Below are positions 11,071 through 22,869 of a DNA stretch of 64,000 nucleotides, piece by piece (within the stretch, counting starts at the first letter, position 1; each line of letters opens with the position of its first letter). Source of the DNA: Eledone cirrhosa (Eukaryota). The translations under genes and the position numbers were made by a program. The notes beneath the pieces were generated by a model, which was given only the letters and a program-made list of their open reading frames with translations, made no database searches and was not told the origin of the DNA. The stretch spans positions 397,668,001 through 397,732,000 of the forward strand of contig OZ024741.1 of the NCBI GenBank assembly GCA_964016885.1, read 5' to 3'.

Positions 11071-11257
11071 GTGTACACATATATATATAGAGAGAGAAAG
11101 AAGGGACCATATATCCTTAAAAGATAAGGACTAGCGTCCGAAATGTTAAGATCCTCTTCCTGCTATATCAAGCGTTAACCTAATATATCCCTTCCATATA
11201 CTGTACCGATTGTGTTGTTATTTCTGTTTACCTTTTACATATATATATATATATATA

Positions 11258-11540
11258 AATAAATGGAAACTATATTTATAAAACTATATTTATTTTATTA
11301 TATATATTTCAAGGGCAACCAAGGCAAATTATAGTGCGCTTTCATCAGATAAAATACAGATTTGTTTTATAAATAAATATTGACATACTCGGAAAAAAGA
11401 CAACCTTAATGGTTGGAGCTTCCTGGATAGTGTATTTACTCCACTAATTTGTTGAGTGCTTTATATCAGTTATAAAAATGTTTATCTTGTTGAATCCCAA
11501 CAAATTAAATATAACCTCTACATATATATCTTCTACTTTT
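11258..11540 (-). mobile_element. family B hammerhead element
   Basis: Homologous to 5372-5550/6070-6190 and 10785-11070. Confidence 0.75.
11291..11356 (-). ncRNA. type I hammerhead ribozyme motif
   Basis: Reverse strand TATTTTAT-CTGATGA-aagcgcac..gttgccctt-GAAA-TATATA-TA-ATAAAATA. Confidence 0.82.
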
Positions 11541-11630
11541 GAATTGTTATGACTCCGGACAAAGTCTATTGAGTTTTTCTATTGAGAAGCACAAAAAGCA
11601 AACATATTTGATATGTTTTGATTCCTCACA

Positions 11631-11697
<67 letters not shown>

Positions 11698-12084
11698 GCA
11701 ATAGTTTGGTAAAGATATCCAAAGTATAGAACAACTGAAGTTCGAGGACCAGTTTTAATATATATATATACAGAGAAAGAGAAAGTGTGTGTGTGTGAGA
11801 GAGAGAGAGTGAATGAGTGAATGAGTGAGAGAGAGAGAGAGAGAGAGAGAGAAGGAGTGTATAAACAAAATAAGAAACGGGTGGAAAGAACATTACACTG
11901 AATTCTTAACTAGATGACACTAAGTATTTCTTACAGAGACGAGATCACATGTCACTAATATCTACATAGAGATGAGATCACATGCTGTGAGTAAAGACAG
12001 ATGCTACTAAATAGGTTACCACATAACATCAACATTAGACACTAATCAGTAAAGTCTAGGAGTCTAGTGCTTGGCTTGCTAGTA

Positions 12085-12905
12085 TTTAGTTGACATCTAC
12101 AGTCTGTGTTCAAATCCAGCCGAGGTTAACTTTGCCTTTCATCCTTCTAGGGTCGATTAAATAAAGTACCAGTTAAGTACTAAAGACTAAGTCTGTCTTG
12201 AACGTGGAGGCTGATCAAGCCAGTGCTTATCCTGGTTTCTGTGGACTCCCACCTGGACATCACGCCAGTCCATCACAGGGTTAAACCCCCAGCTATTTGC
12301 TGGTACTCATTTTCAGTTGAGTATACTGGAGCAACGTGAAATGAAGTGTTTTGCTCAAGAACACAATACGTAACCCGATCCAGGAATTGAACCCACAACA
12401 TTATGATTGTAAGTCCAATACACTCACCACTAGGTCACATGTCAGTTAAGTACCAGGGTTGCTTAAATAAAGTACCAGTGAAGGTGCATGGCCTAATGGT
12501 TAACATACTTGACATACAATCATAATGTTGCCTGTTAGATTCCTGGAGAAGCTGCGGTGTTGTGTTCTTGAGCAAAACACTTTATTTTATGTTGCTCCTG
12601 TACACTCAGTTGAAATTGAGTACCAACAGTAGCTGGGGAGTTAATCCTTCAATAGACTGGTGTCCTCTCCAGGGAGACTCTTGTACTCTCAGTCGCTTAA
12701 TGCCAAGGAAACTGGGGAGAAGCACTGGCCTGATGAGCCTCTGGCTTAGAACGAACAGTTAAGTAATGGAGTCAGTTAAGTAAAGTACCTGTTATGTATT
12801 GGGTCAATTACATAAAGTCCCAGTTAACTACTGGGGTTGATATAATCGACTTTTTCCCTTTCTCCCCCAAAAATTGTTGACCTTGTTCCAATGCTAGAAA
12901 GAATT
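12085..12905. mobile_element. nested cluster of tRNA-derived SINEs
   Basis: Nin-like domain at 12105-12180 interrupted by a minus-strand SINE (about 12200-12440) and a plus-strand SINE (about 12480-12760). Confidence 0.65.
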
Positions 12906-13107
12906 ATTTCTTTTTGGTTAAGAAAATCATTATTAGTGGAAAATAATCTAATGAAATCATTTCTATTTTAATTAATATCATTTATCTAGTGTTAGAAATC
13001 ATACATTTGTTTTACTGTTTCAATTTTGGTATAGTTGATTCCTGGTATCAATTAGTTATATTAAAGTACATCACAGCTTCTTTAATATACAGTATTTAAA
13101 AAATTTA

Positions 13108-13478
13108 GAATTGAGAGATCACAGCTCCAATATTACAGACACGTAGTTAGAATGTCTCAGGAAAGAACTGCTAGAAAAATAGAGTGCATAACTTGGAGAT
13201 CAGAGAGTCTCTCCTAGCAAAGCTGCTATCTCTCTGAAATTGAGAGATCACAGTTCCGATATTATGGACATAAGGGTTAGAATGTCTCAGGAAAGAATCG
13301 CTGAACAGATTTTACAGGCAAAATCAACCAGCAGGAAATCCAGGGGTAGACCCTCAGCAAGATGGTTCGATAACATCCATAAGCTTGGCTGGTCTTGCTT
13401 GGGGATCCAGCCGGATCAGTTGGAGATGGTTGCTTCCGACAGGACCCGTTGGAATAAGTGGGCAAAGAAGAAGAAAAA
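13108..13478 (+). mobile_element. RTE-like LINE C-terminal fragment, (GAA)n-tailed family
   Basis: VRMSQERIAEQILQAK..SRGRPSARWFDNI..DRTRW; second copy at 34700-34945 (-). Confidence 0.75.
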
Positions 13479-13939
13479 ATGTGTGAATAATAAAGGGCAA
13501 ATTCCTTGAGTTAATAATGACACCACTATGGAGTTGACTGACCTGTTAAAAATAGCAGTGAAATCTCATCAAATTACACTTTACTGTCTTTAACAAAAAG
13601 GAATGAGTCATTGGACAGTGTAGTCCTATCAAGGTTGAGGGAGTTGTGGGACACCCTATTGACATATGGCATTTCTAGGGCATTTTTAAACCTCACAGAG
13701 CCCATCTCCTCTTCAGGTCTGAATATAGGAGATTTCTTCCAGAGGATAGAGAGGGTGAGAGAATAGAAATGAGAAAAAGATATAGAGGAAGAATCGTCCC
13801 CAGTACTAGACTGGTACTTTTTTATCGACATTGAATGAATGAAGAGCAAAGTTGACCTCAGAAAGTAGAGAACCAAAATACCATAAAACATTCTATCCAA
13901 CGTTCTAACAACTCTGCTATTTTGCTGCCTTTAGTGTAA

Positions 13940-15239
13940 ACTAGCAGAATGGCCCGGCGTTGCTCAGGATTCTAAACATAGATTGGCATGTTTATCCCTC
14001 CTTTCTGAAACAGTACAGAGAAGTATGGAATACCTCGGCCTCAGGATGGTGTCTACATTTTCTTCTTATAAAAAACATTCATCGTAGATTACCAGGGGTT
14101 TTTTTCCGTGCAAAGAAAATCAATACTTTATCGCAAAATATTTTGTTTATATTTTGTTATTGTGTATGTAAAAATATCTGTACAAGAATATATAATTATA
14201 TATATGATGAAGGACTAATTTTATTCATATGTAACCCATGTGCAACCACGCAGCGCACCATTTTTCATATATTTATATTTTTTCCTCTGTCTGTTTCTTT
14301 CTTACTGCTTCCCTTTTCTCTGTATCTCTCACCTTCTTTTTACCCTCTCTGCCAGTCACTCTCTCTCAGCTGGCCTCTTCCTCACACTTTCACTCACTCA
14401 CTCTGCTTCTTCCCCTCTCTCACTTCCTCCCGTTTGACCTGTGTGAAATCCTTTTCTCGCTCACATCTCACCCAGGTTGGATGGTCTTTACCTCTCATCT
14501 ATGATTTCACCGAGCTTAAGTTCATAGATATCACGGACTTGTCTCTTCTCTTCCTCTCTTTCCGTTGCATTACCATCTTTGTTTGTTTACATGTCTCGCT
14601 CACTTCACCCTATTTTACTTGTCCCAATAACTTTCTTGAGTTATTGCTTGCACCAACCAGAGGTATATGATCTTTAAAGCGAAGAAATACCAATGAAGGT
14701 TGGAAGATCACTGATGAAGGACTAATTTTATTCATATGTAACCCATGTGCAACCACGCAGCACACCATTTTTCATATATATATTAAACTAACAGATTAAA
14801 GTTTAAGCAAAGAATCGCTGCTTTCACCCTTAACAGGATCTTCTGAAACTAAAAAAATCAATCTGTGAACGCAGAAGTAAATATTTCAAAAAACGTTACA
14901 CACTATATATATATACACACACACTATATATACATATATACACACACACACATATAGCGTCATAATGTTGTAATGAAGACAGCCAGACATACTGACAGAT
15001 ATTATAAGGGCACAACGTTATATCTATGTATCTATCTAAAAAGAAAGACTAAGAATGATAGAGAGAGATCGCAAAATTGCCTAATACGCCTAGGGCATCG
15101 AAAATTTGAAATATCTTTGGCTCAAAACACTCACAAGACCATAAGTATTACATGTGTAAAGTTTGAAAACAATCGGTTGGGTGGTTCTCGAGTTTTAGGG
15201 AGACAGACATACAGACATTCTTTTTTTATATATATAGAT
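13940..15239 (+). mobile_element. Helitron/Helentron-like non-autonomous element with internal insertions
   Basis: 5' ACTAGC..CCCGGCGTTGCTCAGG; 3' GAAAACAATCGGTTGGGTGGTTCTCGAGT..ACAGACATACAGACA..TTTATATATATAGAT, resembling DINE/HINE-type ends. Confidence 0.55.
14203..14783 (+). mobile_element. TA-flanked insert with about 70-bp terminal direct repeats (pLTR-like)
   Basis: TGATGAAGGACTAATTTTATTCATATGTAACCCATGTGCAACCACGCAG at about 14205 and 14713. Confidence 0.6.
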
Positions 15240-15774
15240 GATAGAATCATTTAAATGTTACTGTCACTTGCTCCTGTATTTATAGTTTGATCACTTCTTA
15301 CCCCACCCCACCCCTCCACCGGACGTTGTGTAATGTGATAACATTACACAACGTCCGGTGGTGGGGTGTGGTGTGGTTTTGGGTTGTGGTGGTAGTGGTG
15401 ATAAGATAATAATGGTGATGGTGTTGATATTAGATGACAACAGTAGTTGTAGTATTGATTAAATAATTGTTGAAATGATAATAAATGTAACACTTGATAT
15501 GAATAATATCTATTATTTCATTGGCCAGTTTGAAACTAGGTTATCTCCAGACATATAATCATTATTGCCTGCAATATGGCTGACCATCAGAATAAACAAA
15601 TCTACAGATATATATATGTTTTAGCCAACAATTTTACTGACCATCAGAAAAATCTACAGATATATATCCCATGCAATATTACTGGCTCTTAGGCATTAAT
15701 GGTCAAAGTAACCAGAAAAAATATCATCTCGATATCAGATTTTCCTATACAGGAGTTTAATATTGATGTCGCAT

Positions 15775-15943
15775 GAAGGCGCATGGCTTAGTGGTTAGAG
15801 CATTGGGCTTGCAATCAAAAGGTTGTGAGTTCAATTCTCGGACCGGGTGATGTGTTGTTTCCTTGAGCAAGACATTTTATTTCACATTGGTCCAGTTTAC
15901 TTAGCTGTAGAAATGAGATGATAGGACTGGGGTCCCTATCATT
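15775..15943 (+). mobile_element. tRNA-derived SINE, head and core only
   Basis: TGGCTTAGTGGTTAGAGC..GAGTTCAATTCTC..CCTTGAGCAAGACA; same family as 18128-18457. Confidence 0.8.
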
Positions 15944-16070
15944 AAATCACCCAAGACACCTCCAACGAGATATACCTTGGAGGAGGCCAGCTAAACCTGC
16001 ACAGGTGTGAGCTGTCACACACACACACATAGGTGTGGGTTGTCACACACACACACATAGGTGTGGGCTG

Positions 16071-16104
<34 letters not shown>

Positions 16105-16741
16105 GTGTGAGCTGTCACACACACACACACATAGGTGTTAGCTGTCACACACACATAGGTGTAAGCTGTCACATACATAGGTGTGATCTGTCACACACAA
16201 ATTTGATGTTTATAGTTAATGAAAGGGTTGACCTGTTTCCTACAGTGTGGCTTAGGGGCTGCAGTCAGCTTCTTCCGATATTACAAATCTGAAAAGACAA
16301 TCATCCTCATCATCATCATCATCACCATTTAATTTCCATTTTTCTATGCTAGCATGGGTTAGATGTCCTGTTGTGAGATAAGTCAGATCAGGTGATCATG
16401 TCTTTCTCATACAGAACTGGTTCTGGTTCTGGTTACTATGTCCAAGTCAGACAGGTCAGGGGCAACATCATACATACTCATCATCATCATCATTGTTTAA
16501 TGTCCACTTTCTCTGCTAGCAAGGGTTGGTTCATAGACCAAGTCAATAATGAAGAGAGGCTACTAACCTCCCAGACAGGCCAGGTGTCTGCATAGAATTA
16601 TTTTAAGATTATCCCTCTCATTAGAATGGCTAGTTTAACATTGCCCTTCATTTTTGGCAATTAAATATCCCTCAAACCAATATCACCATGAAACTATTTT
16701 GATTTAAGGAAAGTAAGGATTTGAGTCAGGGGTTGTGTTGG

Positions 16742-17380
16742 GACCCAGTACACTCTCTAAAGTGGTAGTGTTGGTGACATGATAAAATACACCCAGTACA
16801 CTCTGTAAAGGGGTAATGTTGGTGCCATGATGAAATATACCCAGTACACGCTGTATAATGGTAGTACTGGTGTCACAATAGAATACACCCAGTACACTCT
16901 GTAAAGGGGTAATGTTGGTGCCATGATAAAATACCCCCAGTACACTCTGTAAAATGGTAATGCTGGTCCCACAATAAAATACACCCAGTACACTCTGTAA
17001 AACGGTAATGCTGGTGCACAATAAAATACACCCAGTACACTCTGTAAAGTGGTAATGCTTGTGGCATGATAAAATACACCCAGTACACTCTGTAAAGTGG
17101 TAATGCTGGTGCCATGATAAAATACACCCAGTACACTCTGTAAAGTGGTAATGCTAGTGCCACAATAAAATACACCCAGTACACTCTGTAAAGTGGTAAT
17201 GCTGGTGCCATGATAGAAGTACATTCTGTAAGATGTTAGGAAAGGCAAGAAGTCATAGAAACCAAGCCAAATAAGGAAAATATGAACGAAATGAGGTCGC
17301 TCTGACCTGTCTGGTTTCTAAGCATGATAATCCATCCTACCCATGTCTGAGTGGAAGTTGGATGTAAAAATGATGATGAT
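16742..17380 (+). repeat. 48-bp minisatellite (about 10 copies) derived from RTE 3' UTR, followed by degenerate RTE tail
   Basis: CACCCAGTACACTCTGTAAAGTGGTAATGCTGGTGCCATGATAAAATA units, then GTTAGGAAAGGCA..GGATGTAAAAA-(TGA)n. Confidence 0.85.
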
Positions 17381-17817
17381 GATGATGATGATGGTGGTGG
17401 TGATGATGGTGAGAGTGGTGGTGGTGGTGGTGATGATGATGTTGGTGGTGGTGGTGATGATGGTGAGAGTGGTGGTGGTGGTGGTGATGATGATGGTGGT
17501 GATGATGGTGAGAGTGGTGGTGGTGGTGGTGATGATGATGTTGGTGGTGGTGGTGGTGATGATGGTGGTGGTGGTGGTGGTGATGATGATGGTGGTGGTG
17601 GTGATGATGATGATGTTGGTGGTGGTGATGGCGATGATGGTGGTGGTGGTGGTGGTGGTGGGGTGGTGATGATGATGTTGGTGGTGGTGGTGGTGGTGGT
17701 GGTGATGATGGTGGTGGTGATGATGATGATGATGATGTTGGTGGTGGTGGTGATGATGGTGGTGGTGGTGGTGATGATGATGATGGTGGTGGTGGTGGTG
17801 GTGGTGCTGATGGCGAT

Positions 17818-17848
<31 letters not shown>

Positions 17849-17972
17849 ATGATGGTGGTGGTGATGGTGGTGGTGGTGGTGGTGGTGGTGGTGATGGTGG
17901 TGGTGGTGATGATGATGTTGGTGGTGGTGGTGGTGATGGTGATGGTGGTGGTGGTGGTGGTGGTGGTGGTGA
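17370..17972. repeat. (GGT/GAT)n trinucleotide tract
   Basis: Direct inspection. Confidence 0.97.
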
Positions 17973-18127
17973 TTAGAAGAGTAGGAGTTGATGACTTTTT
18001 CAGACTCTCCCTAGACCGATGTGGTTGATGTTCAGTTTAAAAATCTTGGGAACGCTGTCTTCAAGGAAACACACACACACACACACACACACAGACAGAC
18101 AGACACACAGACACACACACATATATA

Positions 18128-18457
18128 TCATCATCATCATTTTACGTCCACTTTTCCCTGCTTGCAATTGTGGGACGGGAACTAATTCTGGCTTGATTTC
18201 TACAGCTGGATGCCCTTCCTAACACCAACCTCATTTACAGTGAGTGCTGGGTGCTTTCTTTTACCATGGCACCTCGACGACCACTTTGCAGTGGAATGAT
18301 AGGGACCCCAGTCCCTATCATCTCATTTCTACAGCTGAGTAAACTGGAGCAATGTGAAATAAAGTGTCTTGCTCAAGGAAACAACACATCACCCGGTCTG
18401 AGAATTGAACTCACAACCTTTCGATTGCAAGGCCCATGCTCTAACCACTAAGCCATA
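18128..18457 (-). mobile_element. full-length tripartite SINE (tRNA head, central core, RTE 3' tail)
   Basis: A/B boxes, CCTTGAGCAAGACACTTTATTTCAC core, GTTGGTGTTAGGAAGGGCATCC and (GAT)n tail shared with RTE. Confidence 0.88.
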
Positions 18458-18576
18458 TATATATAACATCATCATCATCATCGTTTAAAGTCTATCTTGC
18501 GCGCTAGCATGGGTTAGACGGGAGTTGTCCCAATTTGAGGCAAGATTGGTCGGGTGACCGTGTCTTGGTCGTATAG

Positions 18577-18644
<68 letters not shown>

Positions 18645-19031
18645 ATGGGTTGTTCCATTACATGAAAGAGTGATTGAGTTGTGTTTAGTGGGAGGAAGTG
18701 GAGGGTGGAGTGAGGAGGGGAGATATGGTAGAAATAATGAGAGAACCTGGCCTGGCAGGTGATCCTGGATAAAATGGTTATATTTCTCCCTCTCTCTCTC
18801 TCTCTCTCTTTCTCATCCTCCCACTCTCTCTCTCTTTACCCCTCCTCTTTCTCCCCCTCCCCCTCTCTCATAAATAATATGCCCCTTATTTGAATTCTGA
18901 AATGAAATAATTCATATAATCTAATATCTCTTTTATCCCCCCCCCCCACCTCATACCCCCACATAATGGTCTGGCAGGGGGTTCTGAGTGGAGAGAGAAG
19001 ATAATATATTCACACACACACCATAACATAC

Positions 19032-19042
<11 letters not shown>

Positions 19043-19062
<20 letters not shown>

Positions 19063-19290
19063 ACATGTTTAATATAGAAATGGCTTCTACAGGGCTAGAA
19101 GCCATTTCTATATTAAACATGATGTTTACAGGGCTTCCTGATGATTTCTCCGGAATTAAACAGTTCTAGTCCTGTAGGAGCCTTTCTACATTAAATATTT
19201 ATACTCTGCTTTGTATTGAGTACCTTACTTACTGTGGTTACTCCCGATTGAACCCAGGATAAACTACGGGTACAAGCCGAAGCTGAAGCA
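19043..19290 (+). mobile_element. fold-back element with degenerate hammerhead (family C)
   Basis: Palindrome 19046-19121; TACAGGG..CTGATGA-tttc-tccg-gaat-TAAAC..CCTGTA at 19127-19176; homologous to about 20700-20872 (-). Confidence 0.6.
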
Positions 19291-19309
19291 TATAGATAAT
19301 ATTCCCCCA

Positions 19310-19600
19310 CCCTCCTCCCACTGCAAAGTGGTCGTGGAGGTGCCACGGCAAAAAAGCACCCAGCCCACACTGTAAAAGTGGACGTGTAGGCGCCACGGAA
19401 AAAAAGCACCCAGCACTCACTGTAAATGAGGTTGGTGTTAGGAAGGGCATCCAGCTGTAGAAATCAAGCCAGAATCAGTTCCTGTATGAGCAAGACATGG
19501 TCAGCCGACCGGGCACTGCCCACAACAGGACAACCCGTCTAACCCATGCTAGCGTAGAAGACTGGACGTAAAACGGTGATGATGATGATGATGATGATAT
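19310..19600 (+). mobile_element. RTE 3' UTR fragment
   Basis: 48-bp units plus GTTAGGAAGGGCATCC plus hairpin and (GAT)n. Confidence 0.85.
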
Positions 19601-20083
19601 ATATATAGTAATAATAATAAATGTGAAGACTATATATATATATATACCATTTAAGTCAGTTTGATTACCAATGGAGTGATTCCGCGGAATTAAAATTCTA
19701 AAGCTAATTTTCCAGTCTGGCCTTCTGTTGTTATATATACACACACACATATATATATATCAATTAAAAAGTTATTTATCTCTAATACTTAGACATCCCA
19801 ATGAAAGGATAAGATACACTGAGAAGTAATTAAACTTGAGCCAAATCTTGATAAGTGAAATTGACTTTATTTAGTCAGTCTAGCTTATATCTCCCCAAAT
19901 CAAGATTTTGGCTTAAGTTTAATATACATGTGGGTGTGTGTGTATAGTAATAATAATAAATGTGAAGACTAAACTCCAAAGAAGGCTCGATAAGGATAAA
20001 TATATATCAAATAAGGGTGAAAGCAGCGATTCTTTGCTTAAACTTTAATCTGTTATTTTAATAAATATATATATATATATATA

Positions 20084-20655
20084 TACCTAGGTGATCAGAT
20101 TAGCATGGGAGGGGATGTTCCAAGGTCATAGTATCTAGAATAAGGACAGGATGGAAGAAGTTTAGGGAGCTGCTTCCTCTGTTGACAAAGAAAGGTTTCT
20201 CCCTGCGTACGAAAGGACGGTTATATGATGCCTGTGTGAGATGCGCGGTGCTGCATGGTAGTGAGACATGGGCAGCAACTGCAGAGGATATGCGACGGCT
20301 GGAGAGAAATGAAGCAAGCATGCTCCATTGGATGTGCAATGTCAATGTGCGTGAACGACCAAGCATAGGGATAAGTTGTGGTGTGCAGGAAAGAAGACTG
20401 AGATGGTATGGATATGTGATGTGCATGGAGGATGACCACTGGGTAAAGAAGTGCCAAGAAATCCCAGTAGAAGAAAGACGCAGTAGAGGAAGACCACGAA
20501 AAACATGGGCGGAGGTGGTGAGAGCAGACCTCAGATCGCTGAAGCTCACGGTGGAGATGACGCAGGACCGTGACAAGTGGAGAGATGTGCTGAATAGGAC
20601 CCGTCCCACTCTTGCAAGCAGGGAAAAGCGGACGTAAAATGATGATGACGATGAT
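20084..20655 (+). mobile_element. 5'-truncated RTE of a related subfamily
   Basis: ORF 20182-20637 GRLYDACVRCAVLHGSETW..RLRWYG..GRPRKTW; hairpin plus (GAT)n tail directly after the ORF. Confidence 0.9.
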
Positions 20656-20796
20656 ATATATATATATGCATGTATATTAAACTTAAGCCAAGTGTGTTTG
20701 TGTGTGTCCTGGATTCAATCAGGGGTAACCACAGTAAGTAAGGTACTCTATACATTAATAGAGTGTAAACATCATGTTTAATATAGAAATAACTTC

Positions 20797-20847
20797 TACA
20801 GGACTAGAACTGTTTCATTCAAAAGAAATCATCAGGAAAGCCCTATA
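20797..20847 (-). ncRNA. hammerhead-like motif (family C), non-canonical around cleavage site
   Basis: Reverse strand TATAGGGCTTTC-CTGATGA-tttc-tttt-gaat-GAAAC-AGTTCTAGTCCTGTA inside a fold-back 20774-20870. Confidence 0.55.
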
Positions 20848-20917
20848 GAACCCATTTCTATATTAAACACATTATATATATATATAAAGCGGACATAAAA
20901 TGATGATAATGATATAT

Positions 20918-21218
20918 ATCATCATCATCACCGTTTTACGCCCGTTATTCCACGCTAGCATGGGTTAGACGGGTTTGTCCTGTTATGGGCAGTGTCTGGT
21001 CAGCTGACCTTGTCTTGCTCATACAGGAACTGATTTTGGCTTGATTTCTACAGCTGGATGCCCTTCCCAACACCAACCTCATTTACAGTGAGTGCTGGGT
21101 GCTTTTTAGCCATGGCACCTCCACGACCACTTTGCAGTGGAATGATAGGGACCCCAGTCCCTATCATCTCATTTCTACAGCTGAGTAAACTGGAGCAATG
21201 TGAAATAAAGTGTCTTGC
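20918..21218 (-). mobile_element. 5'-truncated tripartite SINE
   Basis: Matches 18128-18370. Confidence 0.85.
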
Positions 21219-21267
21219 AAGGTAATATCCGTAGTGGTATAGCACTCAGTCCATGGGACAAGTTAGA

Positions 21268-21511
21268 TAGAAGTGGTTACACAACAGTTAGTTCACCATA
21301 CCGAGAACAATTGTTTCACCTTAGCGGATCTTCAGCTCGGGATGTGCATGGTTATAGGAACAGGAAGGACAACCATACGAACGCGCATGCGCAGAAACCC
21401 GGTCACTTCACACAGGCAATACTAGACTGCGTGCGAGAGGTGTAAGGGAGATAACTGCAAAAGTCCGAAAGTTCTATGTATGGTGAACTAACTGTTGTCT
21501 AACCACTTCTA
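21268..21511 (-). mobile_element. short Penelope-like pLTR element with inverted terminal copy
   Basis: 21268-21301 is the reverse complement of 21478-21511; contains a hammerhead. Confidence 0.75.
21301..21340 (-). ncRNA. compact type I hammerhead ribozyme
   Basis: Reverse strand CCGAG-CTGAAGA-tcc-gctaa-ggt-GAAA-CAATTG-TT-CTCGG; 5-bp stem I, palindromic stem III, GUU site. Confidence 0.88.
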
Positions 21512-21520
21512 TATATATAT

Positions 21521-21700
21521 ATAGGAAAAGGTTCAGGACCCCGACGGCAGAGCTCAAGCCGTTTCAACGGCGAGTCCAGAAATAGCCGTCAGAACGGCTT
21601 GAGCTCTGCTGTCGGGGTCCTGAACCTTTTCCTATTACCCACTCTACTACCCAACTCTATGGTCCACCTGGTTCCTTACCACACTTCCTTCGTTTTATAT
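21521..21700 (+). mobile_element. fold-back PLE-like 3' end, same family as 3544-3748
   Basis: Palindrome 21521-21635 plus shared tail TTACCCACTCTACTACCC..GGTCCACCTGGTTCCTTACCAC. Confidence 0.65.
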
Positions 21701-21740
21701 ATATATATGTATGTATATTCTGGCTTGATATATATATATG

Positions 21741-21789
<49 letters not shown>

Positions 21790-21815
21790 ATGTATATATG
21801 TATATATATATATAT

Positions 21816-22462
21816 GTCAGGTCACCAGTTGGTGCTACTGGTAACATGTATCCCAGTACAACCTGTCTCATGGTCGGGTCGTTGGCGACTAAACTGGCAA
21901 CCCCACCAAGGTTTCTTGGTGAGGAGGGTGACTTTGGACATCCTGCAGGACTAAAAACAAAACCTGTCAAAGGGCAAAGGAGCTCTTAAGAGTTAATGGC
22001 AATCCAAAATCACCGGGAGAGATGACCCCTTAGCCTTTGTCACCGGGAGAGATGACCCCTTAGCCTTTGTCAAGGCAGAATTCTAGGTGAAGGAAAACTC
22101 TGATATAACACCTGCAATCCTGATGGTATCCAATGATGTTGACTTGTTCTTCTTTTTGGTAAATATCATCTTGGTTAAGAGAGTGAGACTGACTTTGTGC
22201 AGTGCCTTTGCTCACAATAAAAGCTTCACGGCACAGGCATTGCTTTATATCTGGAGATCTCTCTGCACTTGTCGTCACATGGTACCATGGACCCAGCACT
22301 ATGTGTCAATAATTGTCACAGGTGTAGCATTTGTACCTACCAGAGTTTTCAAGTCGCTGGCTGAACTAAAACATCACACTCGTTCAGCGCATCGGAAGGG
22401 GTTCTCCTACATGGATATAAAGTAGTGGCCATACTCGAAAACGAGTTGGCAGCCACCACCAT
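21816..22462 (+). mobile_element. bipartite (internally deleted) non-autonomous RTE-like element
   Basis: 5' part resembles RTE 5' UTR (GGTGAAGGAAAACTCTGA); 3' part encodes a broken C2H2 finger CSIC..FKSLAELKHHTRSAH plus hairpin CTCGAAAACGAG and (CAC)n tail; TA flanks. Confidence 0.55.
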
Positions 22463-22869
22463 ATATATATGTATGTATATATATATATATCCAACCGATA
22501 AGGTACATATTGAGTGTAGCTCTCTAGTTTAGGGAGACAACAAAGAAGACATTCTTCTTCTTCTTCTTCTTCTTCTTCTTCTTCTTCTTCACCCCCCCCC
22601 CTCCTACTCCTTAATTATCTTCTCCACCCCCACCCCCTATGTGATCTGAAACTATAATCAAAGCTGACTTCAATATATTCAGTTAACACAAGACAACTGC
22701 TATTTCCTCACCAACCATGTCTTCTTCAGCTTGTGGCTTTAAAAAACATGTTTTTACACAATTCAACCTTAACAGCAGCTAAAGAAAAGGCCATCAAGAT
22801 ATTGTATTATATTATAGTTGTATATATATATGTATTATATATACAACTATTGTATATATGATGTATATA

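Noticed and set aside
13960-14670. 236-aa hydrophobic ORF
   Set aside because: Spans a junction between two repeats, is pyrimidine-rich low complexity, and has no recognisable domain
15775-15850. tRNA-like sequences (also 7850, 12480, 18390, 29117, 62685)
   Set aside because: A/B boxes run into SINE cores and no complete cloverleaf forms; these are SINE heads, not tRNA genes
17343-18028. Gly/Asp-rich and Val/Met-rich ORFs
   Set aside because: (GGT/GAT)n expansion of an RTE tail
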